From Hydrolagus colliei (lineage: Eukaryota), in contig CM068751.1 in assembly GCA_035084275.1 (NCBI GenBank), positions 2,356,001 to 2,420,000 on the forward strand: a stretch of 64,000 bases of DNA. Direction: 5' to 3'. The notes beneath the pieces were generated by a model. That model saw nothing but the letters and a program-made list of their open reading frames with translations, did no database searches and had not been told where the DNA came from. A program made the translations under genes and the position numbers. Below, one piece after another: positions 12,036 through 23,572 of this stretch. Position 1 is the stretch's first letter; every line of letters begins with the position of its first letter.

Positions 12036-12454
12036 TGGACAGCTAATGGTCAGCCAGCAGATGGCAGTAAAGGAGGGGAAATAGTCAACAGGTACTGTAC
12101 TGGAATCATTCATCTCGCTGTCTTATGAATCAGAGCTGTATTAACTGTTGCAATGGATATCTTCACACAACTGAGCATCCCTTTCTTTTAGCTTGAGTAC
12201 AATGTTTGCTAACAAGCATTCCATCACTGGGGCATAACAGGAACGGATCTACAAACATTTATGTTGTAGTTAATGGGAGGCTTCTTGGCTCACAGGCAGA
12301 ACTGTAAAAAACACACCTGGGACTCAAATGGTTACAGTTTGCTGGAGATTACTTGGGGGCAATGAGAGAAACATTCAGACAAATCAGTTTGAAAACATCT
12401 GGTTACGTAGTCAAACTGACATTGGAGACCATCAGAAGTTAACAACTGTCCTTC

Positions 12455-13127
12455 CTCCCTCACAGCCGGTCCCTCACCAGCACCGCCTTCTTCCACCTCC
12501 AACGGATCGCCGTCTCCGACAATACCTCACCCCAAAAGCCGCTGAAACCCTGGTCACCTCTCGGCTGGACTACTGCAACTCCTCTCTGGTCTCCCCCCCA
12601 CCACAAGCCACAAAATCCAGCTAATCCAGAACTCTGCCGCCCGCATACTCCCCCGCACCAAACTCCGCTCCCCCATCGCCCCAGTCCTCGCCAGACTTCA
12701 CTGGCTCCCTGTCCCTGACAGGATCGACTTCAATATCCTCACCCTTGTGTTCAAATCCCTCCACTCCTCTGCACCCCCTGTCTCTCTGATCTCCTCTCTC
12801 CCCAACCATGGAGGAGGCCAGACCCGGTGGAGTGAAGGCAGCTCCTGCTGCCTTCGCTCCACCGGGTCTGGCCTCCTCCATGTCCCCCCGAGTCCTCCGC
12901 TCCACCCTCGGCGGCCGTGAGGCTCTGGAACTCCCTTCCTCACTGCCTCTCCTCTCCCCCTCTCTTCCCAATTTCAGGTCACAACTAAAGACCTTTCTCT
13001 TCGACCGCGCCTTTGGTCACCTTTCTACCCCTGCCCCAGGCTCGGTGCCGGGATCCGCTATTGTGAAGCGCTCTGAGATGTAGTCTGGCGTAGAGGGGAG
13101 CTATATAAATCACAGTTGTTGTTGTTG
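12455..13127 (+). mobile_element. L2-type LINE 3' fragment (family A) with an internal fold-back
   Basis: LRQYLTPKAAETLVTSRLDYCNS peptide; homologous to 332-780; (ttg)n tail ends about 30 nt from the RAB6B exon 6 donor. Confidence 0.85.
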
Positions 13128-13158
13128 ATGGCATTTTGCAGAATGGCAGTGTCCTTAC

Positions 13159-13252
13159 CTGTTTGACATTATATCCAGTTTTTGCACTGGTCTCAATGAA
13201 CATTACATTCAGTTCTTTGGCTCTTTGTTCTCCTTCCTCAGTCGTAATTTGC
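13159..13252 (-). CDS. RAB6B: RAB6B exon 6 (QITTEEGEQRAKELNVMFIETSAKTGYNVKQ)
   Basis: tacag| acceptor, |gtaagg donor, 94 nt; G5 ETSAK; QIT..EGEQRAKE and SAKTG are RAB6B-like. Confidence 0.97.
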
Positions 13253-13892
13253 CTGTAATACATGGCAAGGAAAACAGACATAGAGAGAAAATTGACGATG
13301 AATGACTAATAGAGAAAAGGGAGCTTTACTGACTGCATTAAGTTTAAAATAAAATATATACTTTTAGCAATGCTTAAACATTATTCTACATCTTCTAGAC
13401 TAAAATTGTAGGAACACATGTAAAGTAATTAATGATTACTGCTCTTTTTTAAAGAATTTTATAAAGTGAGACTGAATCAGTAAAATTGCATTAACTTCAC
13501 TGATTCAGCAGTTTCCATTGAAATATTTCCTTTCAGCTTCAATCCTTAATTTCATTCAATCTTGGTTTTCATCAATCAATATTTTTAACTTAACCAGGTG
13601 ACTAGACCAAATGCTTTTTTGACAGAACAGCATTTCATCTCCTTGATGCAGAGATGATTTTCCAGCATTTCTATCCAGCGTGGTTAAAAAGCCACTATTG
13701 TTATTCCAAGAATGTTGTTGATGTTGGTTCTGAGATGCTTCTAGCGAACTACAACTTTTCCAAGAACAAATGTGGCAATTAATTTCTAATGAGTAAGCAC
13801 AGTACAAGGATGTTTGCATTTTGTTCAAATGATCAGAATGGGAATCAGAAAAATATAGAGCAGTACACTTGACTGTGGCATATTGAATTGAT

Positions 13893-14222
13893 GGCTCCTG
13901 TAGCTCAGTGGTTAGAGCACTCGCCTCACAAGCAAGAGACCTGTGTTCGAATCCAGGCAGATTAGGGAGAAACCTTGGGCAAGTTTCCTTACGCCACATG
14001 CCTAATAATAATCTGTCCAAAAACAAACAAACACAATAATAAAAATTGGTCATTTCAATCCATGACTGTTTGTGGGACACTGCTGTGTGCAATTAGCTGT
14101 CGAGTTTCACCCACAAATATACAGTCGATTCACTTTACATTATATTCTGTGAAGCGCATTGAGACGTCGATAAAATGTGAAAAGCGCTGTACCAAATGTA
14201 ACGATTATTATTATATTATTAT
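13893..14222 (+). mobile_element. tRNA-derived SINE, near full length
   Basis: Pol III A box TAGCTCAGTGG (13901-13911), B box GTTCGAATCC (13945-13954), shared central domain, L2-like tail aaaagcgct..aaatg..(tta)n. Confidence 0.88.
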
Positions 14223-17200
14223 TAATGTTTCTGAATATTGGGTACAGTTAATTATGTTACATTAGTGGGAGCATTCAAAACAGTATTTCTGATTACTCTA
14301 TCCATTAACTCTGGCTCAGAGATTGCTGTGTTAGTTCAGAGAAGTTTGTTTAGCAATATTAAGCAAAGTTAACATGTTCAAGATGCCTTGATACTAGCTT
14401 TTTGGATTTTTTATAGTTTCATTACCACTCATTTTCACAGCAAATCTATATATTTAAAAGCACCTAATAACACCTAATAATAATCTCTAATATGGGGAGA
14501 GTAGAAGCTGGAACCCGCTCATATCATAAACAGCTACAGTTAATAAAAATACTGAGCTCTAGTTCCCTTTAGAATGTATGAAAGCTTGTTTACTGGAGCA
14601 TGCTTATGCCTTCACACAATTGCACTCTCATGATAACAAGGTTAGCTTTGTTATGGTTAAACAAACAACTGAACACCCTAAACAAAATAAGATTAAAAAG
14701 AATGTGAACTAGATCAATCGAGAAACAGATGATTGGTCAAAACAAAGTGGCTTAAGACCAATTAAAATTCTAATCAGTATTTCTTTGAAAGAAACATTTT
14801 ACTCAACCTCTGGGAGATAATTTTCTTTCAGAGTTTTTGGGTGTCAGTGGGTGTCTGACACCATGCACAACAGTAACCAAGCCAAAGTGAGAGTTCCGTG
14901 CACCCCACCTATTCATGGAAATTCAAGAGGTAGATTGTCGGAATGGAGTGTCCACACTCCCAGGAGGTGGGTATCCTGCTTACCCAATTCTAGAAAGTAA
15001 TATTGGAGTATTGTTAAAGTAAAACTTACAATAGATAGCACTGTTTGGCAAGCTTTCTGACTGCTTGTCCAGCTAGGACCATACTACAATTTGGGCATTG
15101 ATGCAGGGTTAACAGGAGCTGTGTTAGAGAATTCCCTGCCCCCAATGTCTGGTCTGTCCTAAGTCTTGCTGATGAGCCAGTCTGGCTGCGCTATCATCAG
15201 CAGTGCCCTTGGGTACTGTGGACATGCACTCTGTTTAAAATCAGCAAGTATTAGTTTGCTCTCTTCCAAAATCTTAAACAAATAAGATTAATTATCAGAT
15301 CTGTGAGATGTCACTGGTACACATGAGAAATTGCATTTGTCTACATAACAGTGCATAACACTAAACTTCAAAATGCTTCATGATATGAAGCATCTTGACA
15401 TATTTGACGTGATGACATTATGCCAAATTTATTTTAAATGGCAGCTTAAACAATGAGGTAGGTCATCATGACACCAGTGTTACAATGAGCATCAGTACCT
15501 GGATAAGCAGGGGAAACAAAATAGTCAGGGCTTCCACTAAAGGTCTCTATCCAGTTCAAGAAATAATTTTAAAGAATTAACTGGTAGTAACATGATGTTC
15601 TCATAAAGCCAGACAGCACACCTGTGATTCAGGTCTGGCTTGTCATGGTCTGTGGTTCGGGTGCCATTGCTATTTCAAACAAACAAATAGCTGCCCATCT
15701 GGCTGATGTTGGTATTTTACTGGCACAAATTGGCTGTCACGTTTGCCTATACTATTCAGTCCATTTCCAATCAATTATATTTTGTAACGTGCTTTGGGAT
15801 ATTTCTCTTACATGACACATGCAAATTATTACATCATCTTGATCATTTAGAATCATAAATACTACAGCATAATAGGAGGAAATCTTTCGACCCATCAAGC
15901 CTATACTGGGCTGTCCCCTGCTTTGGAGCTACTTACTCTCATCCTTATTCCCTGTTTTTCCTGACCTCTTAGACTGTTGAGTGCCTTGGGACGGCCTCCT
16001 GATGTGAAAGGCGCTCTATAAACGCAATTTGGTTGTTGTTGTTATTTCCGAATACAGTTTTATATTTTGCACAGTAAGATCCATTGCAGAAAACAACATC
16101 CCTGATCCAGCTAACGCAGGATGCTCAATTAATACTGGTAGTACTTACGGTTTATTCTAAGCGCCATAATGCCCTACAGCTCTAAAAATAATTACCTGTG
16201 AGGAATTCAAAGGGTGAAATACAATATTATGAGCTCAACTAACATTGCGAAAACTCTTCTTGGCATCTGAAAAGCTATTGACTCTGGGTTACGGCATTCT
16301 ATAAGCTTTTTTATTATTGTAATCTTTAGGATGTTTGCAGACTAAAAGTTCCCTCAAGAAATAAAATAAATGTATTTTACTCTCAGGGAAAGCAGAAGCA
16401 ATTCAGTATGAATGGAGAGTTTACGTCCAACACACCCACTCTGAACAATTTCCTTGACAATCGGGTAAAATGGCCTGAAAATATGCCATCACAAATCTAA
16501 CCACTTTCGACCATTGTAGATCTTTTTCTCCAAATATCATAAATTTAATAATTAGATTTTTTCCTGAAACCCACAAGTCTCCCAAGCATCTCAATTTTCA
16601 CTGCTCGCTAACTCACAATACAAACAATTTGTTGTTGTAATATGCAAGTCAATGTGTTCTCCACTAATCCATCCTGAGAAAGTGAGAAAACACTATTTTT
16701 GTTAAAAAGAAACTCACCCTTGCTTCCATGTTATGCTGCGGCTCGATCTGTGTGGGCAAGGCTGGAACATCCAAACTTTCACAAACAGCTGCTGGCTCCT
16801 GGGCAGACGCAGCGGCTGGGAAGCTGAGAGCTGCAGCTGAGCGGTGCGCAACTCTAACTCACAGCTGAACCTGGCACCAAACAAGCCAGCTGTGTGTGCT
16901 CTCCATCCTCTCAGCCAAGCTGGCAGGTTGCAGGAGCAATCTTGGTGGGGGAAAAAACCTCCGAAAGACTTCTATCGCTTGACTTTATTTGTCAACATAA
17001 AAGTTATGGGGTTTGCCTTTCACTCTACTTGTATACTACAGTGTATATTCTTTTAAGGAGTTTCAACAATGTGATATGGCTTAATATCAAATGCAGGGAT
17101 TATTAGCACTTATTATATGTACACCTTATTTTCAGGTGCTGATAACAGGATAATGTAATGTGAGTGGTTGAGTACACCAACATGCATTGGAATCTACTGC

Positions 17201-18189
17201 AGGGATGGTGGAGGAATTGATAAATATATATTGTTTTTATTTCATATTCATGTGGTAGATGTCACAAAAGTGGGATACCTGCTGGATCCCTTAAGTTTTG
17301 GAATGGACTAGTGATTAGGGAGTCTTAATTTAGCCCATAGAAATGCACAGGGCAATTAAGGTAATCTGGCCGGATCCAAACTCGGTGGGTAGAAATTGTC
17401 CTTTCTCTGCCAGCTAAAATGGCCTCAAAAAGAAAATAAGGGGAGTCATGGATAGAACCCGGGGACTTATTATTGATCGCTATGCAGAACAACTGCTCAA
17501 TTGATGACCAGTTGTTATTCAGGACTGAAATGTGACCATGAGGGTATCATGTAAGGATCAATCAAATTCACATTCAGATATGGAGACAAGTCGATCATGG
17601 TTTTATTATTTATATTTCCTCTCAGTTGCCATGGAAAGAGACTGATCAGCTGAAATGCTATCTATCTGAGACATGTAACATGAGCTGCATCCTTGCAAGG
17701 CAGTAATGATCTTATGTCTTATAGTCATAAGTCTTATGGCTCCTGATAAATGAAAATAGGTGTTTCTTACCCATCACAACTTAAGAGAACAGCTCTTCAA
17801 GATATACAGTATGTAAGAAACAGTCTATTTCTTGGCATTTCATGCACAAATTAATAGCCAAGCAACTGGAACAATCAATGTCCAAACCAATCTTCTGGAA
17901 GGTGCACAAGGTAGAACTGCTGTATTTTTGTTTAAAAAAAACAGCTGGAAAATCTCCCCGCTGAACTCACGCTGTAACACTTTGACTAAATCTTTACCCC
18001 AAAGATTATAATGGTCAGAGAGACCTGGTATGCTGGTATGATCTGAATCCACTGGCTGTGATTCATCATGCAACAACCACCACCATCACCACCACCACAC
18101 AAACATAATAATAATAATAATCCTTGCATTCTCCCAACAAAATTAGGACTGTATATTATCCCACAAATATACAGTCCTAATTTTCCTAC

Positions 18190-18700
18190 TCTTCTTCATC
18201 CTGACCCGACCGCTACCCCCCTGTTCTTGTCCTTACCTAACTGTACAGCGCCTTGGGATGTCTTCTCAACATGAAAGGCGCTATATAAATGTAAGTTTTG
18301 ATTGATTGATTGATTGATTGCATTTGACATGGCACTTTTCAAGTCTTCTAGAGTCTCAAAGCACTTCACAGAATTGACTGTATATTTGTGGGTGAAACGT
18401 TTGTGCACAGAAATGCTCCACAAACTTGAAATAAGGAAACTTGCCCAAGGTTTTGCACAGCTGAGAAGTCCCTTCGCCTCGCCCCCTCTCTTCCCAGTTT
18501 CAGGTCCCAGCTAAAGTCCTTTCTCTTTGACCGCTCCTTTGGTCACTTTTCTACCCCTGCCTCTGGCTCGGTCCCGGGATCCGTTTTTGTGAAGCGCTCT
18601 GAGACGCCGTCCAGTGTGGAGGGCGCTGTATAAATCGAAGTTGTTGTTGTTGAATCGAACCCAGGTCTTTGGGTGCGAGGTGAGCGGTGAGTGCTCCACA
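18190..18700. mobile_element. Cluster: L2 tail (+), SINE (-) split by an L2 family A tail (+, about 18470-18652)
   Basis: SINE body 18310-18455 resumes with a tRNA-like head after 18652; the intervening sequence matches the tail at 332-500. Confidence 0.65.
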
Positions 18701-19750
18701 CCACCAGTTAGCTCACCACCAACAACAACAAAATTACATGTGTATTGAGCCTTTCACGGCTGAAGGATGTCCCAACCACAGCACAAACTAAATACAAAAT
18801 TGTACAATTAGGCAATTGTCACCAGACAGAAGTCTGGCTGACAGACCACTCTCTAAAACAACATCCAACACAACAACTGCGTTTGACTTTGTTCTATTTC
18901 CTCAGTACTAACACAGCAGGAGGGAAAACATATTTAAATATTAAATTAAATAAGTTGTCATTCATGTTTTACAAAGGAGACTTGTCATCTTTCTATGTGG
19001 ACAAGGAAATCACCAATCATTGACACATGACAGTATAGTTTATTTCATTTTGATCATCTGAATAAGTAATTTTTCACTAAGTTTTTATAATAGGGAATCC
19101 AATTATAAAGGCAAAGTGAACAGATCATTATTTTTAGAGCAATACAGACAGTTTAACTTGTGTTGCATGCTAAAAAAAATAGTTTCTGAAAAGCAAAACC
19201 ATCAGGGGAGAAAATACTTATTTTAATTGCATTCATTCTAAAATAAGACCAATTATTTTGATCCAGTTGACGTGTATTAAAACATGAAGGTTTACTAATG
19301 CTAATGCATGAATCCTGTTTTTGTTTCCATGGTGACAACAACAATTTGTATTTATATAACGCCCTTCACACAGGACTGCATATTGCAGCACATCTGGTTA
19401 TTGAAAAATAGAGGTAAACACATTTGGAGCCGGGGGGAGATCCAGCTCCTCAAAAATGTATGTTTTGTCTTGAAAACAGAAAGAAGCATTTCAGGACTCT
19501 GGAACTTTCACCAAGAAATGGGATAGAAATATTTTTTTCAATGGCACCAATGACAGTCAGCATTCAGTAACTGCAACTGTCTTGGAGTGTTATTAAGCAA
19601 CTTTGGAAATTGACTAAATTCTAAAAGATACATATGTATATTTAAAATTGCTGCATTTCTAACTTGTCCACCCATCAGGATCCAGAATTATAACTTTTAA
19701 GTCCTTTTAGTGGATAAATATAAAATGAGTGCTAATGTGCTATTGCTTAA

Positions 19751-19977
19751 GGTGGCAAGTGAGGTAAAAAATAAAAATATATATATTTTTTCATGTCAAA
19801 GGTAGAAAATAAGAATTCAACAATAAAATAAACTGGAAGTGCTTATTTCATATGTCACATTCCCTATATTTCGTTGGAAATATGTTTATTTCACCAATCA
19901 AAACAGTTTATTTCTGAAAGTATATAGTTCAAATATCTACACTTTGAAATGAATTTTTTTTTACCCCACTTGCCACC
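19751..19977. mobile_element. Small palindromic MITE-like element bounded by TTAA
   Basis: ttaa|ggtggcaagtgaggtaaaaaa ... ttttttaccccacttgccacc|ttaa. Confidence 0.6.
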
Positions 19978-20724
19978 TTAAGTCAATAGGTTTATTCTTT
20001 TATTTCCAGACTGTGTCAAAAATCAGTGTTGAAAACATTATTACAGTATTTTGCATCCAGATAACCTTGTAAGAAAGCTTCTCTCTGATGTCACCAGGTC
20101 AGCCATTTGGTTATCACTAAAGCTATCCAAGCACAGGAATTAAACTCATGCATTTTGTATGATGATAAAAGGACCCTGCAGTTGTAAAGTATCTTAGATT
20201 TAGCATTCTAGTCTTTCCTTGTTAAACAGGCATCTTTTGGAGAAAGAAGAGCTGGAGCCATCAGCATGATTTTCTATGACAGGGTAACTTGCAAACTATG
20301 ACATTTCAACCACATAAGAATGCAGTTCATGTGAACTCAAAGGTCTTCCGATAACAACACCACTGGCAGGTTACACTTTTATAGCACCTTTCACGTCACG
20401 AGTACTTCCTGAGGCATCAGACAGTCAAAGGATTTGAACATGAGCTGGGGGTTGGATTCAGGGTGACTGAAGGCGTGGTTGAAGAGGAGAGTGTTAAGAC
20501 GGGTCTTGAGGGAGGGGCGAGGTGAAGGGGCTTCCCAAAACACTCGGTGGAACAAATTTTAAATGAAATATTTTTGTGTTTAAGGGACTATGGCATCTCC
20601 AAGAATCACTGCAACTTTGTTGCGATGGGGATATCTGCAGGTAATATGGATATAGTGTAACTTGCCTCCACTGTAAAAGCATAGTACTAATGGTGTGTAT
20701 ATTAAGGAGATATGACTAGGTATA

Positions 20725-21167
20725 CAGGTAACTCCCGCTTAATGTTGCCCCGGTTAATGTTCTTGTGTTATTACGTTGCTGATACATTGGGAATGAACAT
20801 ATATTCATTTAACATTGCGACATTCACTATTACGTCGTTCGCCAGTGAGTGGAAAGGGGGCACGATGGCACTAGGACCTGCCTGTCAAGAGAGTGATGGG
20901 GAGGCTGGGAGTGAGCCAGGCCGGCAGCGAGATAGCGAGGCACGTTGGCAGCGAGTGAGACCAGCAGTGAGTGAGTGAGCTGGGCAGGCAGTCAGGGAGC
21001 AAGTACTGTATAATTTTTTTAAGAACATTTTGACAAAAAATGTCCAAAAGAACCTAACTCCAGTTTTTACATTCATTCTTATGGGAAAAATGTATTTGCT
21101 TAACGTCATTTCGCTGAAAGTTGCACTTTTCAAGAACCAAACTAAGAAGTTAAGTGGGGTTTACCTG
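20725..21167. mobile_element. Tc1/mariner (Tigger-like) MITE, second family
   Basis: ta|caggtaactcccgcttaa left end and ttaagtggggtttacctg right end. Confidence 0.65.
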
Positions 21168-22509
21168 AACATTATCACACATGGCTCTATCAGCATCTTT
21201 TAATATTCTCATTCAAAAAGCAGAAAAATCATTGGAACAACTGGACAATCAAAGTGATCTTTGCATCAATAATTTAACATGCAGAGCAATTAATTGACTG
21301 CAGAAAGTCTGTGATTGAGGCTCTCCTTAAGGGAAACCATGTTTGTTTCAATGAGGATGCAATTTCTATGGCAGAGGTAGAGAGCTCCTTATACAGTTAA
21401 CTACAGTATTTAGGAAAGCTTGTCAATAGCGTTCGACTCCAGTGGCTTCAATTTAATAATTTCCTGTCTGATACATTTCCCCATCTGATTATCAAAAATG
21501 AAAATGCCACAGGAAAATTAAGTTGTCTAAAAACAAAACTGTGGCAGTAAGTTCTTCTATTTTCTTGATAACGAGTCCATCCTGTGTTAGAGCGCTGTCT
21601 GTTACATAATTCATTTCTCAGCTGCAGACAGCTGGGCCTATCTCACTTTCTCTCTCTGTAACTCTCTTTGCCTCAGAGGATGGCATTCGCCAGAGGCTTA
21701 TCACTGTCTGGTCTCGTGTGATGAGCCTGTCAATCCTCATCATTCCTACTATGCCGACTGAAGCAGGCCTCAGGCATCACATCAGTGGAGAACCATCCCA
21801 TCTCATCTCAAGCAAAGCAGCTGAAAAAATATTTAGCTGGAACCACAACACTACCTGTGGCTTAACTGCTTTTAGACTTGTGATTATTTTTAAGCCTTAT
21901 TTCTTATATAAATGGATTAGTGCTAGCCAGGAATAGAGCAACCCACAACCACACAGAAAGCTTCCTATCATGTTACATTAAGATGGCCATAAATAACCAT
22001 TGCCATTTAAAATCCATCAGCAATCTTTGAGTCTACTGTAACATGGACACAGCCCTACTTTGCGAGATTACGCTGGAGGCAATATTATAATATCAGTTAC
22101 TAAATCTATTTGCTGCCTTAATTTTAAATAGCGAGTTGGAATGCAGTCTCAGAATTGCATGCTAGAAATCCTTTCCCGTCCTGAGCTACGTTTGTAGAGT
22201 GTACTGTAGCAATAGAAATCTACTCAATATCTTCACACCACCAAAACGCAACTGCAAAGACTAAAAGTATTTGCTCTCATTTTCCAAATGGTTAAGCCAT
22301 TGGTTGGCATGTGATGGTTCATTAGTGGGCATGTGATGAGCCACATTGTTGAGACTCTATGCCCATGGATTCATCTATAATAATCCTTGTTTTTGATATA
22401 GTGTCCTTCATATCAGGCAAACTTCTTAAACTCTTCACAGGATTTACTGTAATGTGTGATGACTGTATATTACACAGGGAAGCCAATTTAGGCATAGTAA
22501 GTCACATAG

Positions 22510-22960
22510 ACAACCACAATTTTAGATGTGCTATACAAATGTAATTTGATTGTTGTTTATTTTATTTTGGCTGTGATTGTTGGCTAGGATACTGGAATAA
22601 ACTCCTGTTTTAGAACAGTGCCACTGGATATTTAAAGTCCACTTGCACAGGCAATCTGGACTTTCATTCATCATCTCATTCAAAGCACTGACTCCTCCAA
22701 CAATGCAATGCTTCCCTCAATGTATTGGAGTGTTAGCCTGGTCTCATTTCAAAGTTCTGACATAGCACTTCAACCCACCAGGGAGATCGACACAAATGTG
22801 CTCAAAACAGCCACAAAGTGAATGACCAATTTTATCCTGGGAAATGTTGGCTCAGCACCAGGGGGTATATTTTGAATAGTGTCCTGGGATCTTCAATGTC
22901 AAACTGAACAGGCAGATGGGATCTTAGTTTGATATCTCATTCAAAGGACACTTTGATAAT
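22510..22960 (-). mobile_element. Old DeuSINE-like relics
   Basis: atctcattcaaag..ctccaacaatgca..ttccctca..ttggagtgttagcct resembles the Deu core as I recall it; two degraded copies. Confidence 0.4.
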
Positions 22961-23216
22961 GTGTGGCTAATGATGGTAAATAATGACATCCCAATTATCT
23001 TAATTGCTGGAATTGTGTAACTAGAGTTCCATGACAGCCACCAGCCAAATGAGATCTCACAATTCTGAGGGAGAATACCGCAAAAAACGGGTATGTCTCA
23101 ACTTTCTGATTATCAAACAGAATTGGGACCAGAAAGGTAACTGTGTTCCTGTGATCTTTCACAAGATTACACTAGTGCTTTTCTCAGCAAGTAGTATCAG
23201 AATGATCTTGATCTTG

Positions 23217-23572
23217 GGGTCCTGTCGATCAGGGGTTAGAGCACTCGCCTTGCAAGTGAGAGGCCTGGGTATGATTCGCATAGGGGGAGATGTTGGGCAA
23301 GTTTCCTTACACCACACGCCTCCAAAACGTAGGAACCCGATTGTTAGTCGATTGATGGATCATTTTTCCGGAGTTAATAATCTTTCAAAAAATACAATAA
23401 TAATTTGGTTATTCAATCCACAATTGTTTACGTGACACTGCTGTGCGCAATTGGCTGCTCTATTTTGCCCACAAATATACAGTCAATTCAGTTTACAGTA
23501 TATTCTGTGAAGAGCTTTAAGAGTCTAGAAGACGTGAAAAGCAATATATCAAATGCAAGGATTATTATTATT
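23217..23572 (+). mobile_element. tRNA-derived SINE copy
   Basis: Aligns by eye to 13893-14222 over head, body and (tta)n tail. Confidence 0.85.

Noticed and set aside
13893-13960. tRNA gene
   Set aside because: It has A and B boxes but continues into a SINE body found in many degraded copies
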